A stretch of DNA of 64,000 bases from Perkinsela sp. CCAP 1560/9 (lineage: Eukaryota > Protista > Euglenozoa: Kinetoplastea). Every line of letters starts with the position of its first letter. Within the stretch, counting starts at the first letter, position 1. The stretch is taken from contig CBFFSA010000001.1 in the NCBI GenBank assembly GCA_965644495.1, positions 1,674,001 to 1,738,000 of the forward strand, given 5' to 3'. This document shows positions 25,435-37,173 of the stretch, piece by piece. The translations under genes were made by a program, and so were the position numbers. The notes under the pieces are model-generated. The model was given only the letters and a program-made list of their open reading frames with translations, was not told where the DNA came from and did no database searches.

Positions 25435-26388
25435 CAGGGTTCGCAGAAACTATAAAACTATCGATATAGTACTATATAGTTACTATAAACTTTTTTTAAA
25501 AACTATAAAAAACTTTATTTTTTTGTTTCACATTTTAAGCACTTCTAAGCTCACCAACACGCCATAATTACACAGAGAAATCATTTGTGTACGATTTTTC
25601 TTATGTTTAAACCAGAAAATTGATGCCCGAAATTAAAGTTACGAGGGGTAGTTTCTGCAAAGATTATTTTATTGAAGTGTTGCGCACAGAGGGAAGTAAA
25701 CAAGCGGTTGAATGTAACTTGTGTCAGGAGGGGACGTACCACAGTCCCATCGTGTGGCCTTGACAGATTGGGAAGAATCTTGCATCCCGAACATCCCACT
25801 GCGTCGCTGTCGCCGCGCATGGGCTGGAGCCACCGACGTTATGTCTTGGGACTGAACAACTGCTGCTCACAATTCTATGAGTTTGAATAAATTTTACATC
25901 ATGTTTTTCGGCGGTCATGGAACCGCGGGGAAGAGCGAGGATGTTTCGATAGCTATGTATCCCAGGCTAAAGTGGACGAGGAAGGCTTCAAAGGCACCTT
26001 TAGTCCACCACAAAAATGGAATGATATCTCCCGGTTTGTAAAGGATTCCGATGTGACAAAAGAATCTTTAAGGGACATACCCTTCCATTTTTGTGGTGGT
26101 TTGCCAAAGGTGCTTTTGGTATCTCCCTCGTCCACTTTAGCCTGGGTTACATTTTTCTCAGAATTTCTTGTCATATCATACGTATGAAAGCGTGTAAGAA
26201 CGCGTGTAGAGGCGTGTGTATGTCCTTCACAAGCGAACAGGACTCAAAAAATATCACTTGTAACGTGAAAAAAACTTTATAGTTTTCTTATAGTTTTATA
26301 GTAAAATATAGTAAATATAGTACTATATAGTAACTATATTCGATAAAAAAAACTATATTTTGCTATATTATAGTTTCTGCGAACCCTG
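25435..26388. mobile_element. hAT-like non-autonomous element
   Basis: TIR CAGGGTTCGCAGAAACTATAA; 8-bp TSD CTCTTTTC; paralogous empty site at about 9050-9065. Confidence 0.85.
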
Positions 26389-26441
26389 CTCTTTTCCACC
26401 AATAAATGCAAGTACAATGAATTGTACAATTTCTTTTCCTT

Positions 26442-26812
26442 ATGACTCTGTCCAGTCTACTTTTTCTTCTGCTCAGTGCATTTCCGGCACACTCGAAATC
26501 TTTCGCGGGACTTCACTTATTCAAAGAACACATTTATTATGCAGTGAACACCGCGGATGATTGTGTACCAACTGTGATTTGTGAGCGAGAGGGTGACATT
26601 CGAGAGTTTGTTGAGAAGGCAATCACTTCTTATAGCGACCTTTCCCAGGCCCCTTTAGATAACGCGACTGCAGCAGATCACGTACAAAAGGACGTATTTG
26701 GTCGAATAACAGCTGTGAAATGGAATAAATACAAATACGAAAATTTTCACCTTCGAAAAATTGTGCCAATCGGGTTTTGTTAATTCCTCAAATCGATCAT
26801 CCATTGAACTTT
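26442..26812 (+). pseudogene. Internally deleted subfamily B LRR gene
   Basis: Signal peptide and N-terminal region joined almost directly to the last ~55 nt of the 23002-24093 type; LRRs deleted. Confidence 0.85.
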
Positions 26813-27993
26813 TGAGCTTATTATTTCGCATTTTTGTCTTAAGTACATGTCTCGGTATATTTTATTGTAGTTATTTTTTTCATCTCTTTCCGAAATATAC
26901 TTTATAGTAGTACTTTATAGTAGTACTTTATCCACTACTTCGCTTAGATCTCCAGCCATTTCTTTATATTATTGAATCATAGTTCAATAATTTTGCTTGC
27001 CCTCGCTGAATGTTCTTTTTATACTTGCCCCGCTTTGCAAGCTTCCCCCCCTGGACCCCCCCATTACCCGCCCCATTTTTTTTTTGAATTTTGGACCACC
27101 GGAGCCCCCTTTAATACTTTTTTCTTCCGTAGAAATTAACGTAGAAAGTTCAAAAAATAGGCTGCGGTGTTCTACGTACCGTCCCCCCTATTTATTATTT
27201 AGTACCGTGCCCCCCCTACTTAGTGTTCAACTTCAAAGCTTCGTAGAGTTTGCGCCGATTTGTTTTATTGTAATATCCTATTTCGTCTAATTTAATCTAC
27301 CCATTTGAAATAATAGTGGAAAAAAATCGTTTTCTCGATACACCCCTCTTTGTGTTTCTTGTATGTCGATGTACCTCTTTCTGGCCCGTTAGATAGAAAA
27401 CCGTTAAGGAAAAAAATCTCTGTAAACAAAGAAATCAATTCCTTGATTCCATTTACAAAGAACAGAAAATACGTTCTTTGTAGTTCCGCCATCAACGAGC
27501 ATATTTTTCGTTGTTCTTTCCTCTCCCCTACTTAGTGTTTAATTTTGCCAATTTCTACTAAACACTAAATAGTGGGGAACGGTAATTATTCCACTCTTCT
27601 TCAATTATGTGAAATAATGTTCACCGCTCTGAAAAAGATCATTCGCTACCTCCACAGATAGAATTGGGCAGTCATTCATTTGTTTTCTTCTGTTGAAAGA
27701 CACATGTATTGGTGAAAATCTCATCACGCCCTTCCAGTAATACATAAATTCATTTATATTCATTTATATACTTTGTGTTCAAGTCTTCTTCTATACATGC
27801 CAATGTTGAATTACTGTCACAGGCTTACGAAAAGTGATGCGCTGGAGTTGAGCATCCGCATATTCCTGTTTATGCTTTCACTCTTTTTGTTCACTTTTTT
27901 TCAATAGTCCAGAGCACAGCGGTACTTATACAACCCCCTTCAATTCACTGACTTATAACTCCCACACCATCCTCTTTATCCTCCCTTCTTGTC

Positions 27994-28090
27994 ATGCTCC
28001 TCTCTTTTTCTTTTTGCACGTTCCCCCACCCGCTCCTAAACGTCGCAAACTCGACAGTTCTTCCTCCACTGAAGCCCCAAAACCCCCACA
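27994..28090 (+). pseudogene. 5' fragment of subfamily C LRR gene (local duplication)
   Basis: About 27800-28090 duplicates 28195-28560; encodes PAPKRRKLD. Confidence 0.7.
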
Positions 28091-28475
28091 ACTTTAATAG
28101 TAGTCGACTACAAAATAAAATTCCAGTAAACAAGAAAAAAGAAATATATGGTAATATTCAACCTTTTTAAAAAAAAATCTGTAGATCTTAATATTTTTCT
28201 GTACATGCTAATGTCGAATTACTGTCACAGGCTTACAAAAAGTGGTGTGCTGGACTTGACAATGAAGTGGTACACTAGAGTTGAGCATCCGCGTATATTA
28301 CTGTGTATATTTACACCCCTTCATATTTTCACTCTTTCTAATTTCACTCCTTCATTTTTTCTCTTTTTTTGTTCACTTTTTTTCAATAATCGAGAGCAGA
28401 GCGGTACTTATACAACCCCCTTCAATTCACGGACTTATAGCTCCCACACCACCCTCTTTATCCTCCCGTATTCCG

Positions 28476-29354
28476 ATGTTCCTCTCTTCCCTCTCTCTGG
28501 ATCCACCCGCCGCTAAACGTCGCAAACTCGATACCTCTCCCCCCACCGCGGCCCCCAAACCCGTTCCCTCCAAACTCACCCCCACAACGTTACCCGTGGA
28601 ATTCGCCCTCACACGACTCATCGCGAACCTCGAGGGTCTCGACCCCTCCTGGGCACTCGAGATCCCCGCGTGTGATTGGGAGGGGGTCGGGTGTAACGCG
28701 CAGGGGGAGGTGATCGCTATCAACTGGAACGACGAGTACGAGCTCGCGGGAGAGCCCGATTTCACCCATCTGCCCCCTACCCTCGAGGCGCTTGAGCTTC
28801 AAAATAATGAGCTATGCGGTCCCGTCCCGTTTAACGCGTTACCGATGAAATTGGAAACGCTCCGACTGTCGCATAATGCGTTTGCGGGGGAGGTGGAATG
28901 GGGAGCGCTGCCGCAGGGGATGAAGTATTTGTATTTACAAGGGAACGGGTTTGTGGGGAGCGTGGGGTGGTCGGAGCTTCCCGTAAGCGTGCTGGAGTTG
29001 GATCTTTCGCAGAATGGTTTTACGGGGTCATTTGAGGGCATGTCGCTTCCGGGTAACATGGAAACGTTGGATGTCTCGGAGAATGAGTTTTCAGGGAAAC
29101 TGGATTTGGGGGAACTTCCTGCCAGCCTGAAATCTCTTGATTTATCGAGAAACTCGTTTTCGGGGAAAGTGGACTTGTCGAAACTCCCCCCGGCCTTGAA
29201 GAGCTTGCATCTGTTCCACAATCCACTGCTGAAAGGTGTTGCACGTAAATCAGAGCTTCCGGCCACATTAAGCATCCGTGTCGGTTTGGGTATTAGTCAT
29301 ACCCAAATCCGTCTCGTGAAAAAGAAAGCAATGGGGACGGATTCGCAGGAATGA
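28476..29354 (+). CDS. LRR protein, subfamily C, with NLS-like motif
   Basis: ATG 28476; PPAAKRRKLD; SKLTPTTLPVEFAL; ACDWEGVGC; about 7 LRRs. Confidence 0.9.
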   Translation: MFLSSLSLDPPAAKRRKLDTSPPTAAPKPVPSKLTPTTLPVEFALTRLIANLEGLDPSWALEIPACDWEGVGCNAQGEVIAINWNDEYELAGEPDFTHLPPTLEALELQNNELCGPVPFNALPMKLETLRLSHNAFAGEVEWGALPQGMKYLYLQGNGFVGSVGWSELPVSVLELDLSQNGFTGSFEGMSLPGNMETLDVSENEFSGKLDLGELPASLKSLDLSRNSFSGKVDLSKLPPALKSLHLFHNPLLKGVARKSELPATLSIRVGLGISHTQIRLVKKKAMGTDSQE

Positions 29355-29848
29355 AATTTTGGATTTTTTGCTATTTCGAATTGTTGAAGCAAAGGAAAAG
29401 AGTTTTGCTACGTCGTGACGAGCGTCATAGAGGGATGAAGAGTAAGGCACAGGGGTTGTAGTCCCCCAATCATTTGATTCCCACTAAAGAGAAATCGTGT
29501 CTCCCTGCCCAAGGGAGAATCTCCTAATACTGGGCGATCGACGGTAATAATCAACGGAATTGTTCTTCACAATTTTGCGAAAGGAAAATAAAATTTTGAA
29601 CACAATAATTTCGTTTTCAAAATGTTGTACGATACGCATTTCACAAATAATAAGTCTCCTGTTTTTGCTACACAAATGTATTTGCAGCCAAATGTGTTGG
29701 CTGTAAAACAAGATATTTTTATTGACCAATTTTTTCTTATCAAATGATCTCTCGTTATTTATGCTTGGACGCTTCAGCAACATCCGTTAAATGTCGCAAG
29801 GAGGATGAAGAAGGATAGGCATTGAAAGCCGCGACAACACGTGTGAGA

Positions 29849-30007
29849 ATGAATACCTCGAAGGTCAGTGTTACGAATTTACCTCAAGAATACCAGTTAG
29901 CACGGCTGTTAGCAGACGCTAACAACTTGCACAAATCTTGGAGTACTGAAACACCAGCCTGTGAGTGGAAAGGTGTTGAATGTAACGAAGATGAAAATGT
30001 TGTGTGA
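29849..30007 (+). pseudogene. 5' fragment of subfamily D LRR gene
   Basis: Near-identical to 15628-15780, truncated after the Cys cap. Confidence 0.8.
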
Positions 30008-30475
30008 TCTAATGTTCCGAATAGCCAAGTCGATGGCATGCCTTTTTGAAGAGGTTTACAAGAATTCGATCACGCACCTGGATTGTATAAGACTTATACG
30101 ATTGTACTTATTAAGTACACTTGCCCTGGAATACAGTGCATGTCATAATTGTTTGGCAAATCAGACGCGCGGTGAGCCGCAAAATCGTCGACAATGATTG
30201 TAATGGGCAGGTGAGAATCGTTAACTTGTGCAAAGCAAACCTTTAGAAGGCCGCTAAAAGCGGTGGGGAAAACATAGTCATATTCATCCACCTTTTTTTG
30301 GATACTCGGGCAATTATGAATCCCCCATACCACTTGTGATCCGAGTCACGTTTCTCAGGATCAGGGATCTTTCTGCGTTGTGCGCGCTAGACTTGACAAA
30401 ATGACATCCGGCGCTAGATTCCAAAAATGACATTTGGCGGAAGGCGACGTACGTTCTGCGTGAGTAGATCTAATA

Positions 30476-31216
30476 AAGGGGTGTAAATTTGGATGTGGGG
30501 GGGGTCTAAAATTTGTAAAACTTGGCCAATTTTGGAAAATAATAGCGCATTCGAGAGCCCTCGAACAGGGCTCATGAACGTGCATGTACGGCGTCTGCGT
30601 TAATTAGATTTTCAAGTGCGCATAAAAAAACTCATTTTTTTGGAAGACAAAATCTTGCATTTTTCACGGGTTTTCTGATTTCTCCCCTGATTCATGCAAC
30701 AAAGACGGGGTTGTGGGCGATCGCCCGAATACAAAGACTACGAAAGGGCTTATTCTTCGCCTGGGCACGTAAAAGCAAGCTGGTGCATGGTTCTTGTTGC
30801 CGATTACGAAACAACACAATCTTTTTCGCTCTAAAAATGTATTTTCCATAGTGGGCGACTTCAAAAATGGTTGAGCCCCTCGGAATCGCGCAGATTTGAT
30901 CATTGCGATCGAAGCAGCGTTTCAAGGCCCCTGAAAATGCCATGCAGAGCTTTCGAAAGCGATGCCGTATTGTAATTGAGATAAAACGACGATAATGGCA
31001 ATTAATAATTTTTTTTTGATATTTGCTATTGCTTTAGAAAGTTGCAAATAGCATTTGGGGGTTCTTTGTCTAGGGGGTAATACCCCCTTGTGCCTAGTTC
31101 GGTCATGTTACGTTCATGAGTCCTGTTCGAGAGCTCTCGAATGCGCTATTATTTTCCGAAATTGGCCAATTTTTATAAATTTTAGACCCCCCCCCACATC
31201 CAAATTTACACCCCTG
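30476..31216. mobile_element. Tc1/mariner-type MITE
   Basis: ~110-bp TIRs (C/A)AGGGGTGTAAATTTGGATGTGGGG..; TA flanks. Confidence 0.85.
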
Positions 31217-31358
31217 TACTTCAGCTAAAAACACAGTCACATGTTCTTTATCATTCGTGGATAAAATATTTACCAAAGGACTGCTGACGGGGGCAAGCGT
31301 TTTTCCATGCGGCACTCCATCTATAGGGAGACTAGTTTTATCTCCGAAAAATATAAAG

Positions 31359-32603
31359 GGTTAACTGAACCAAATTCCGCACTTTTTCTGTTTTTCTAAA
31401 AATTCTTCATACTTCATCAACTTTGAGCCTTTCAACCTGCTTACAACTTCTTACAAATGGACGCAAATACAATACTCTTTCATATTTTGCAATAATTGGA
31501 GCAATACATCGCCCCCATTTCGCTTCAAGCTTCCTGTACAAATCTCTGCGAATGCTTGGATTCTGTCCCCCCTGTTTCCAGATTTGTGACTTAGAACGTT
31601 GCCTTCACGCTTTAAACGCTTCTTAACCATGGAATTAGCGCATTCCACAGTGTTCGTGTGAACCCCTTGAGTTGTAACCCACTGTCGTTTGTGGTTCACA
31701 CTCTCCCACTTATACTTGCCTCGAAGAAGAAGAAGAAGACAGAAGTCTTCTTCTTTTGGTACGACTTCCTGAAGCCAATTCGGTGATATTCGGGATGAGG
31801 GTATCGGCCGTACGATTCTGCACGGGTTCCATGAGGATCTCAGATAATTTATTATCTCTAGTTGTAACCGCTATTGTCTGCACTGTTTGGCTCCCAGCTT
31901 GGCGAACCCGCCTTACGCGATGACATCCGCCCCTCTTTCGGACAGAAAAAAAGTCTCGTCGCATTGCATAGAGTTTACTCGCGAGCGCAGTCTAATTCGT
32001 CGACGCACATGAGCTGTAGCTGGAGCCATAATGGAGTCCAGCCACTGGCGCAATTTAATAACGGTTCGCTCGCTCAGCTCTGTCTCTTCTACTGATAATG
32101 CATGGCGGCCACCCCGGGCGTACAACACAATGTAAATCAGGGGCTGCTTCGCGCTTCGTTGGCTTCTACCCGGCAACAAGGGCCCCATAGACCTGTACCT
32201 TCTTGTGCAGTGCTTTGTGCACAACCACGTTCTTCCCACTAGGTCCAAGTTACGGGGAGCTGCGTGAAGGCTTTTGTAGCAAACTACTTTTTGTGCTACC
32301 AAGGCATGACCTTTAAGCCATTCGGAGCACTGTGATTCACTCCACGACGATATTCTTCTAATCGTTAGATTGCGCCTAAAAGCAAACCCAACGCATCCCG
32401 AGCACGGCATGATATAGATGACAAGATCCTTCAAATATGTGATAAATGGTTCTGTAAATGGTAAATTGGCAAGGTATTTGCTTCATTGTTTTATGAAGCA
32501 ACAACAATTCTGTGAAATGGATATCAAACGAAGACACGTCTTTGAGAGAGAAAAATAGTTTTGTGAAAATGAGAAAAAATGCGGAATTTGGTTCAGTTTC
32601 ACC
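31359..32603 (-). mobile_element. Merlin (IS1595/ISXO2-like) DNA transposon, degenerate
   Basis: GG-starting TIRs ..AACTGAACCAAATTCCGCA; perfect 8-bp TSD ATATAAAG; frameshifted transposase MQCDETFF..VQNRTADTLIPNI..VNHKRQW..GVHTNTVE. Confidence 0.9.
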
Positions 32604-32922
32604 ATATAAAGCGGTAATGCCCCACGTCATTTTCATAAAGAATAAATATATATTCAATGTATATAAAGATCAACATGCCACTGCTTAATACATTTCTCAA
32701 CATCAGCAGGCGCCAAACTTTGCACTCTTCCGAATGTACGCCACCGCCACCCGTACATGAGACGAACATGTTTATATGCCCTTTCCCTCGCCTTCCCTCT
32801 TTACCTTGCACCATGCCCCTGCATCAAACTTACTACGCGCTCTTTGTAAGAGCACTATGACCGTGAAGAAGACTTGTTAGTTTATCGTGAACTCGCTTCA
32901 TCGCATCTTGACTATTGAAGCC

Positions 32923-33170
32923 TCATAATCGCTTTCTTTTTCTTCCCCCATGATTCAGCGTTTTTTGAAACGTTTTTTTACCCATTTCCTTAACGGAAGG
33001 AATCGTCTTGCATGACACCCAATAAGTTTTCGCGAGGTATTTGATGGAATCACCTGATCCACACAATGTCAGTTTTTGCATTATCGTTAATTGTTTACGT
33101 TTATCAGGTTTTACGGAGGTAGCGCCTGAAGTCAGTGGTACTTTACAGCTTAGAACGCACCACTGCTCAG
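32923..33170 (-). pseudogene. pogo/Tigger-like HTH fragment
   Basis: KRKQLTIMQKL..IKYLAKTYWVSCKTI, similar to the HTHs at 1.3 kb and 11.0 kb. Confidence 0.5.
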
Positions 33171-33475
33171 CCAATTTTTCTTTTTTGGTCGCTTCCTTAA
33201 ACGCGGAGGTAGTTTTCAACGCGAAGCGCGCAGCATGAGTGACTTCTGAGATGAAAACAACCACCGCGTTTAACGAAGCGACAAAAATATACGCAATTCT
33301 ACTGGTAAAAGAAAATTAGCCAAAAATAATAGTAGAAAACTCTTATTTTTTGGTTCATTTCACCCAACAGAATTTTTTCTTATACTACATCCAGTATCCG
33401 AACACTGTAAATTCCTATTTGATGTCTCGCTATAGTGTTATCTAGAGTTTTCTACTAGAGAAATATATACTGTCA

Positions 33476-34324
33476 ATGCTTATGATGTACAACCAACTCT
33501 GCGTGCTACACTACGCATCCGGCATGCCAGCCAGTGACACACATTCACGCCTGGGAAGGGCTCGAAGAGGAGTAAATGTACCACAGGAATATGAACTTGC
33601 GGAACTTCTAAAAGATATTGATAAGCCTCACTCCACATGGAATACTTCAAAGTCAGCGTGCCTGTGGTACGGTGTCCTTTGCGAGGATGGCGAATCCGTT
33701 TCGAGTCTGTTTATTAATGACCTGGATCTTACAGGGTCACTTGATTTCACTCGGCTCCCGCGATCCTTGTTGTCATGTCACTTTTCGAAACACAAATTGC
33801 ATGGCCAGGTGGCGCTAGATGAATTGCCCCCTGGACTTCTGCTTCTGAATGTTGGAAGCAACAAGTTTTCCGGGCATATAAATTTAACGAATTTGCCGCA
33901 AACATTGAAAATACTGACGCTGGCTGACAATTTATTTGAAGGAAAGGTAGATCTGGGACATTTACCCCCGAGCATGCTACGGTTGAAGCTCGACAGGAAT
34001 CGGATGTCTGGGACTGTTGATCTTTCTCATTTACCCAGCAGAATTAGGACCGTCCATTTGCAAGGAAATTCATTTGCCGGATGCCTTGCGCTGAATACTT
34101 TACCGCAGTCTATGGAAGTGCTGGACTGCAGCAATAATTGTTTCTCAGGTGTCGCTTCTTTCGATCATTTGCCTAGGTCAATGAAGAACTTGTCTGTAGT
34201 CGATAATGCGGATCTTGAGGGTGAAATTAACGAATCAATTCTTCCTGAGAAGTTCGAGACGCTGGAGATTCACGGTACAAAGATACATCCGACGAACAAA
34301 CATCATACTGTATATCCAAGTTAA
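33476..34324 (+). CDS. LRR protein
   Basis: GRARRGVNVPQEYEL, ACLWYGVLC, about 7 LRRs. Confidence 0.9.
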   Translation: MLMMYNQLCVLHYASGMPASDTHSRLGRARRGVNVPQEYELAELLKDIDKPHSTWNTSKSACLWYGVLCEDGESVSSLFINDLDLTGSLDFTRLPRSLLSCHFSKHKLHGQVALDELPPGLLLLNVGSNKFSGHINLTNLPQTLKILTLADNLFEGKVDLGHLPPSMLRLKLDRNRMSGTVDLSHLPSRIRTVHLQGNSFAGCLALNTLPQSMEVLDCSNNCFSGVASFDHLPRSMKNLSVVDNADLEGEINESILPEKFETLEIHGTKIHPTNKHHTVYPS

Positions 34325-34813
34325 GAAACAAAAATACATAAGATTATGAAGCATAGAACTGGAAATAGATATTTTCAATTTTCTATTTTAGTGTGGATGC
34401 AGTGCGCTCGTTGAAAACTACCGCCGCGTTTAACGATAAGGTACATTATCACAGACTTCATAAACACGCTTGTCACCGGTCCCAAGCCCGGCGTCGTCTT
34501 CTTAACAAGACGAAGTGTGAGGGTGAAGAATGTCATTGTACGATAAAGTACGATTTTTTAATATCTATTCATCTCTTCGTTTGTTGAACATACAGGTTTG
34601 TTGAACATACACACTATATAATCATTGGTTCCGATCCAAAGATAGGATATACATATTTTATTTACATGTTGACATTCCATGTGGGACCGAGCCTGGCCCC
34701 ACATTCGTGATTTTATTCCGGTTCGTTTTAGCCCTGATCGGGGAAAACATACCGTTCCGCGCCAAAATGCACTACCCCGAGGACCTTTCTGACTACCACG
34801 ATTATTATTATTA

Positions 34814-35390
34814 TTTGCCTCGAGGTCCTTCGGGACTGACGGTTGGCACTTCACCTCGAGGTTCTTCGGAACTGACGGTTGGTGGTAATACTTTGCCTCG
34901 AGGTCCTTCGGGACTGACGGTTGGCACTTCACCTCGAGGTTCTTCGGAACTGACGGTTGGTGGTAATACTTTGCCTCGAAGTCCTTCGGGACTGACGGTT
35001 GGCACTTCACCTCGAGGTTCTTCGGAACTGACGGTTGGTGGTTTTACTTTGCCTCGAGGTCTTTCGGGACTGACGGTTGGCACTTCACCTAGAGGTTCTT
35101 CGGAACTGACGGATGGTGGTAATACTTTGCCTCGAGGTCTTTCGGGACTGACGGTTGGCACTTCACTTCGAGGTTCTTCGGAACTGACGGTTGGTGGTTT
35201 TACTTTGCCTCGAGGTCCTTCGGGACTGACGGTTGGCACTTCACCTCGAGGTTCTTCGGAACTGACGGTTGGTGGTTATACTTTGCCTCGAGGTCCTTCG
35301 GGACTGACGGTTGGCACTTCACCTCGAGGTCCTTCGGGACTGACGGTTGGCACTTCACCTCGAGGTCCTTCGGGACTGACGGTTGGCACA
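34814..35390. repeat. Higher-order tandem array of 36- and 42-bp monomers (78-bp dimer)
   Basis: 6 AB dimers plus 3 A monomers; monomers carry CCTCGAGG and a TTCG-loop hairpin. Confidence 0.95.
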
Positions 35391-35840
35391 TCACTACGAA
35401 TGATCATTAAGGGTAGATTTCTTGGAGTCGTAAATTTAATGATTATTGTAAGCAAAGATTGCTGATCATCACACAGTACCACTGCTGTTTGTGTTGTTTT
35501 CCAGTGTGCTGGAAGTAAAGAAAAAGAAGTGGATAGAAAAAATGAAATTGTCTGTGTGACGCACCTTATACGACTCGCGTAGGCGGGTCATTTTACACTG
35601 CTTTTTTTTCGCGGATTTCTAATGCAATGCCTTTACGGCTACGCATCTGTGTGACGTATCTAATAAAAGATGCTCCACACATTACACACCTCTTAGAGTT
35701 TTGTTTTACGCTTCAAAACCTAGAATGATGACAAGAAGGGGAGGAGGGAGTTGATCTGCGGTGCCAATGGGCTTGCCTGTCACTGGGTTTGGTCCTGGTA
35801 TAAAGGCCGTTCCTCGGTGAACCGTTCCGTCGTGTGGTGA

Positions 35841-36486
35841 GGTCCTTGGGACTTGCTTCGCGTTCCGGATTTTATGATCCGAGGCCCCTTATGGCTCTGT
35901 TTCCACTACACTTGTTGTAGTGAGAGGTCCTTTGGACTTGTTTAGTATTCCGGATTTTATGATCCGAGGCCCCTTATGGCTCTGTTTCCACTAGAAGTTG
36001 GTGTAGTGGGGTCCTTTGGACTTGTTATGTGTTCCGGATTTTATGATCCGAGGCCTTTTATGGCTCCATTTCCACTACAATTGGTGTAGTGGGGTCCTTT
36101 GGACTTGTTTCGCGTTCCGGATTTTATGATCCGAGGCCCCTTATGGCTCTGTTTCCATTACACTTGGTGTAGTGAGAGATCCTTTGGACTTGTTTAGTGT
36201 TCCGGATTTTATGATCCGAGGCCTTTTATGGCTCCATTTCCACTACGATTGGTGTAGTGGAGTCCTTTGGACTTGTTTAGTGTTCCGGATTTTATGATCC
36301 GATGCCTTTTATGGCCCCATTTCCACTACAATTAGTGTAGTCGGGTCCTTTGGACTTGTTTCGCGTTCCGGATTTTATGATCCGAGGCCTTTTATGGCTC
36401 CATTTCCGCTACAATTGGTGTAGTGGGGTCCTTTGGACTTGTTTCGCGTTCCGGATTTTATGATCCGAGGCCTTTATGATCCGAGG
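35841..36486. repeat. 83-85-bp tandem array, about 8 copies
   Basis: Units start at 35841, 35926, 36010, 36093, 36178, 36261, 36344, 36427. Confidence 0.95.
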
Positions 36487-37173
36487 CACGATGAGGAGAT
36501 TTCGACCGGAGTATCGGAGATTCAGATCCGATTTGATGTTGTTTTTTTAATGTATTGTTTCAAGACCTTTTTAAGGTGAAGGAAGAAGAGGAGGATTGGT
36601 GGCACCATCCATAGCTTGACTGATGTTTGTAGGATGAAGGTGCTCTGGAAATGTGTGAACATTTCCTACGATTGTCAGAGAGAAAAAAAAAGCTTTTGTT
36701 TCGAATTGTTACTTTTGAAAACGTGAAGAAAAGGGGGCATAGAAATAAGGAAGTCTACTTTTCAAAATGTGATCACCTCGCTGTTTGATCCAGCGCGCCG
36801 TCAAACGTACCGCAGTTTAGAGCTTTTAGTAGCGGTGGTCTTTGTGAAAAAAAATTTGCTACGATTGTTTAGTGGGATGTTAGTGTGCTTTACGAACGGT
36901 AGGTGACTTGGGATATGACGTCCGAAACTGATCTTCGAACGATGTGAGCATCATATGGTCCCACTTTTGAAGGATAAGAAGAAGAAAGAAGGAGAAAAAA
37001 GAAGAGCTATTCGGTGCCATGGCTTGCCAGGCGTACTGGGCTTGGTCCCGGTTCCAAGGTGCTTATGAAGTCTGTGATAATGAGGGTGTTGCTAATCCCT
37101 GGACAGTATGCTGCCCAGGGACACAGCAACTCCCCATTATCTCGGCGTAGTAAACACGCCTTGGCTTGCCTGG

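Noticed and set aside
24656-30007. VLR-like cassette assembly from LRR fragments
   Set aside because: Fragments are mostly N-terminal pieces explained by duplication and TE truncation, not modular LRR cassettes.
34707-35465. 252-aa repeat protein and its antisense ORFs
   Set aside because: Open frames on both strands follow from unit lengths divisible by 3; non-ATG start and no non-repeat domain.
35841-36486. CRISPR array or tRNA cluster
   Set aside because: No unique spacers; no acceptor stem or A/B-box motifs.
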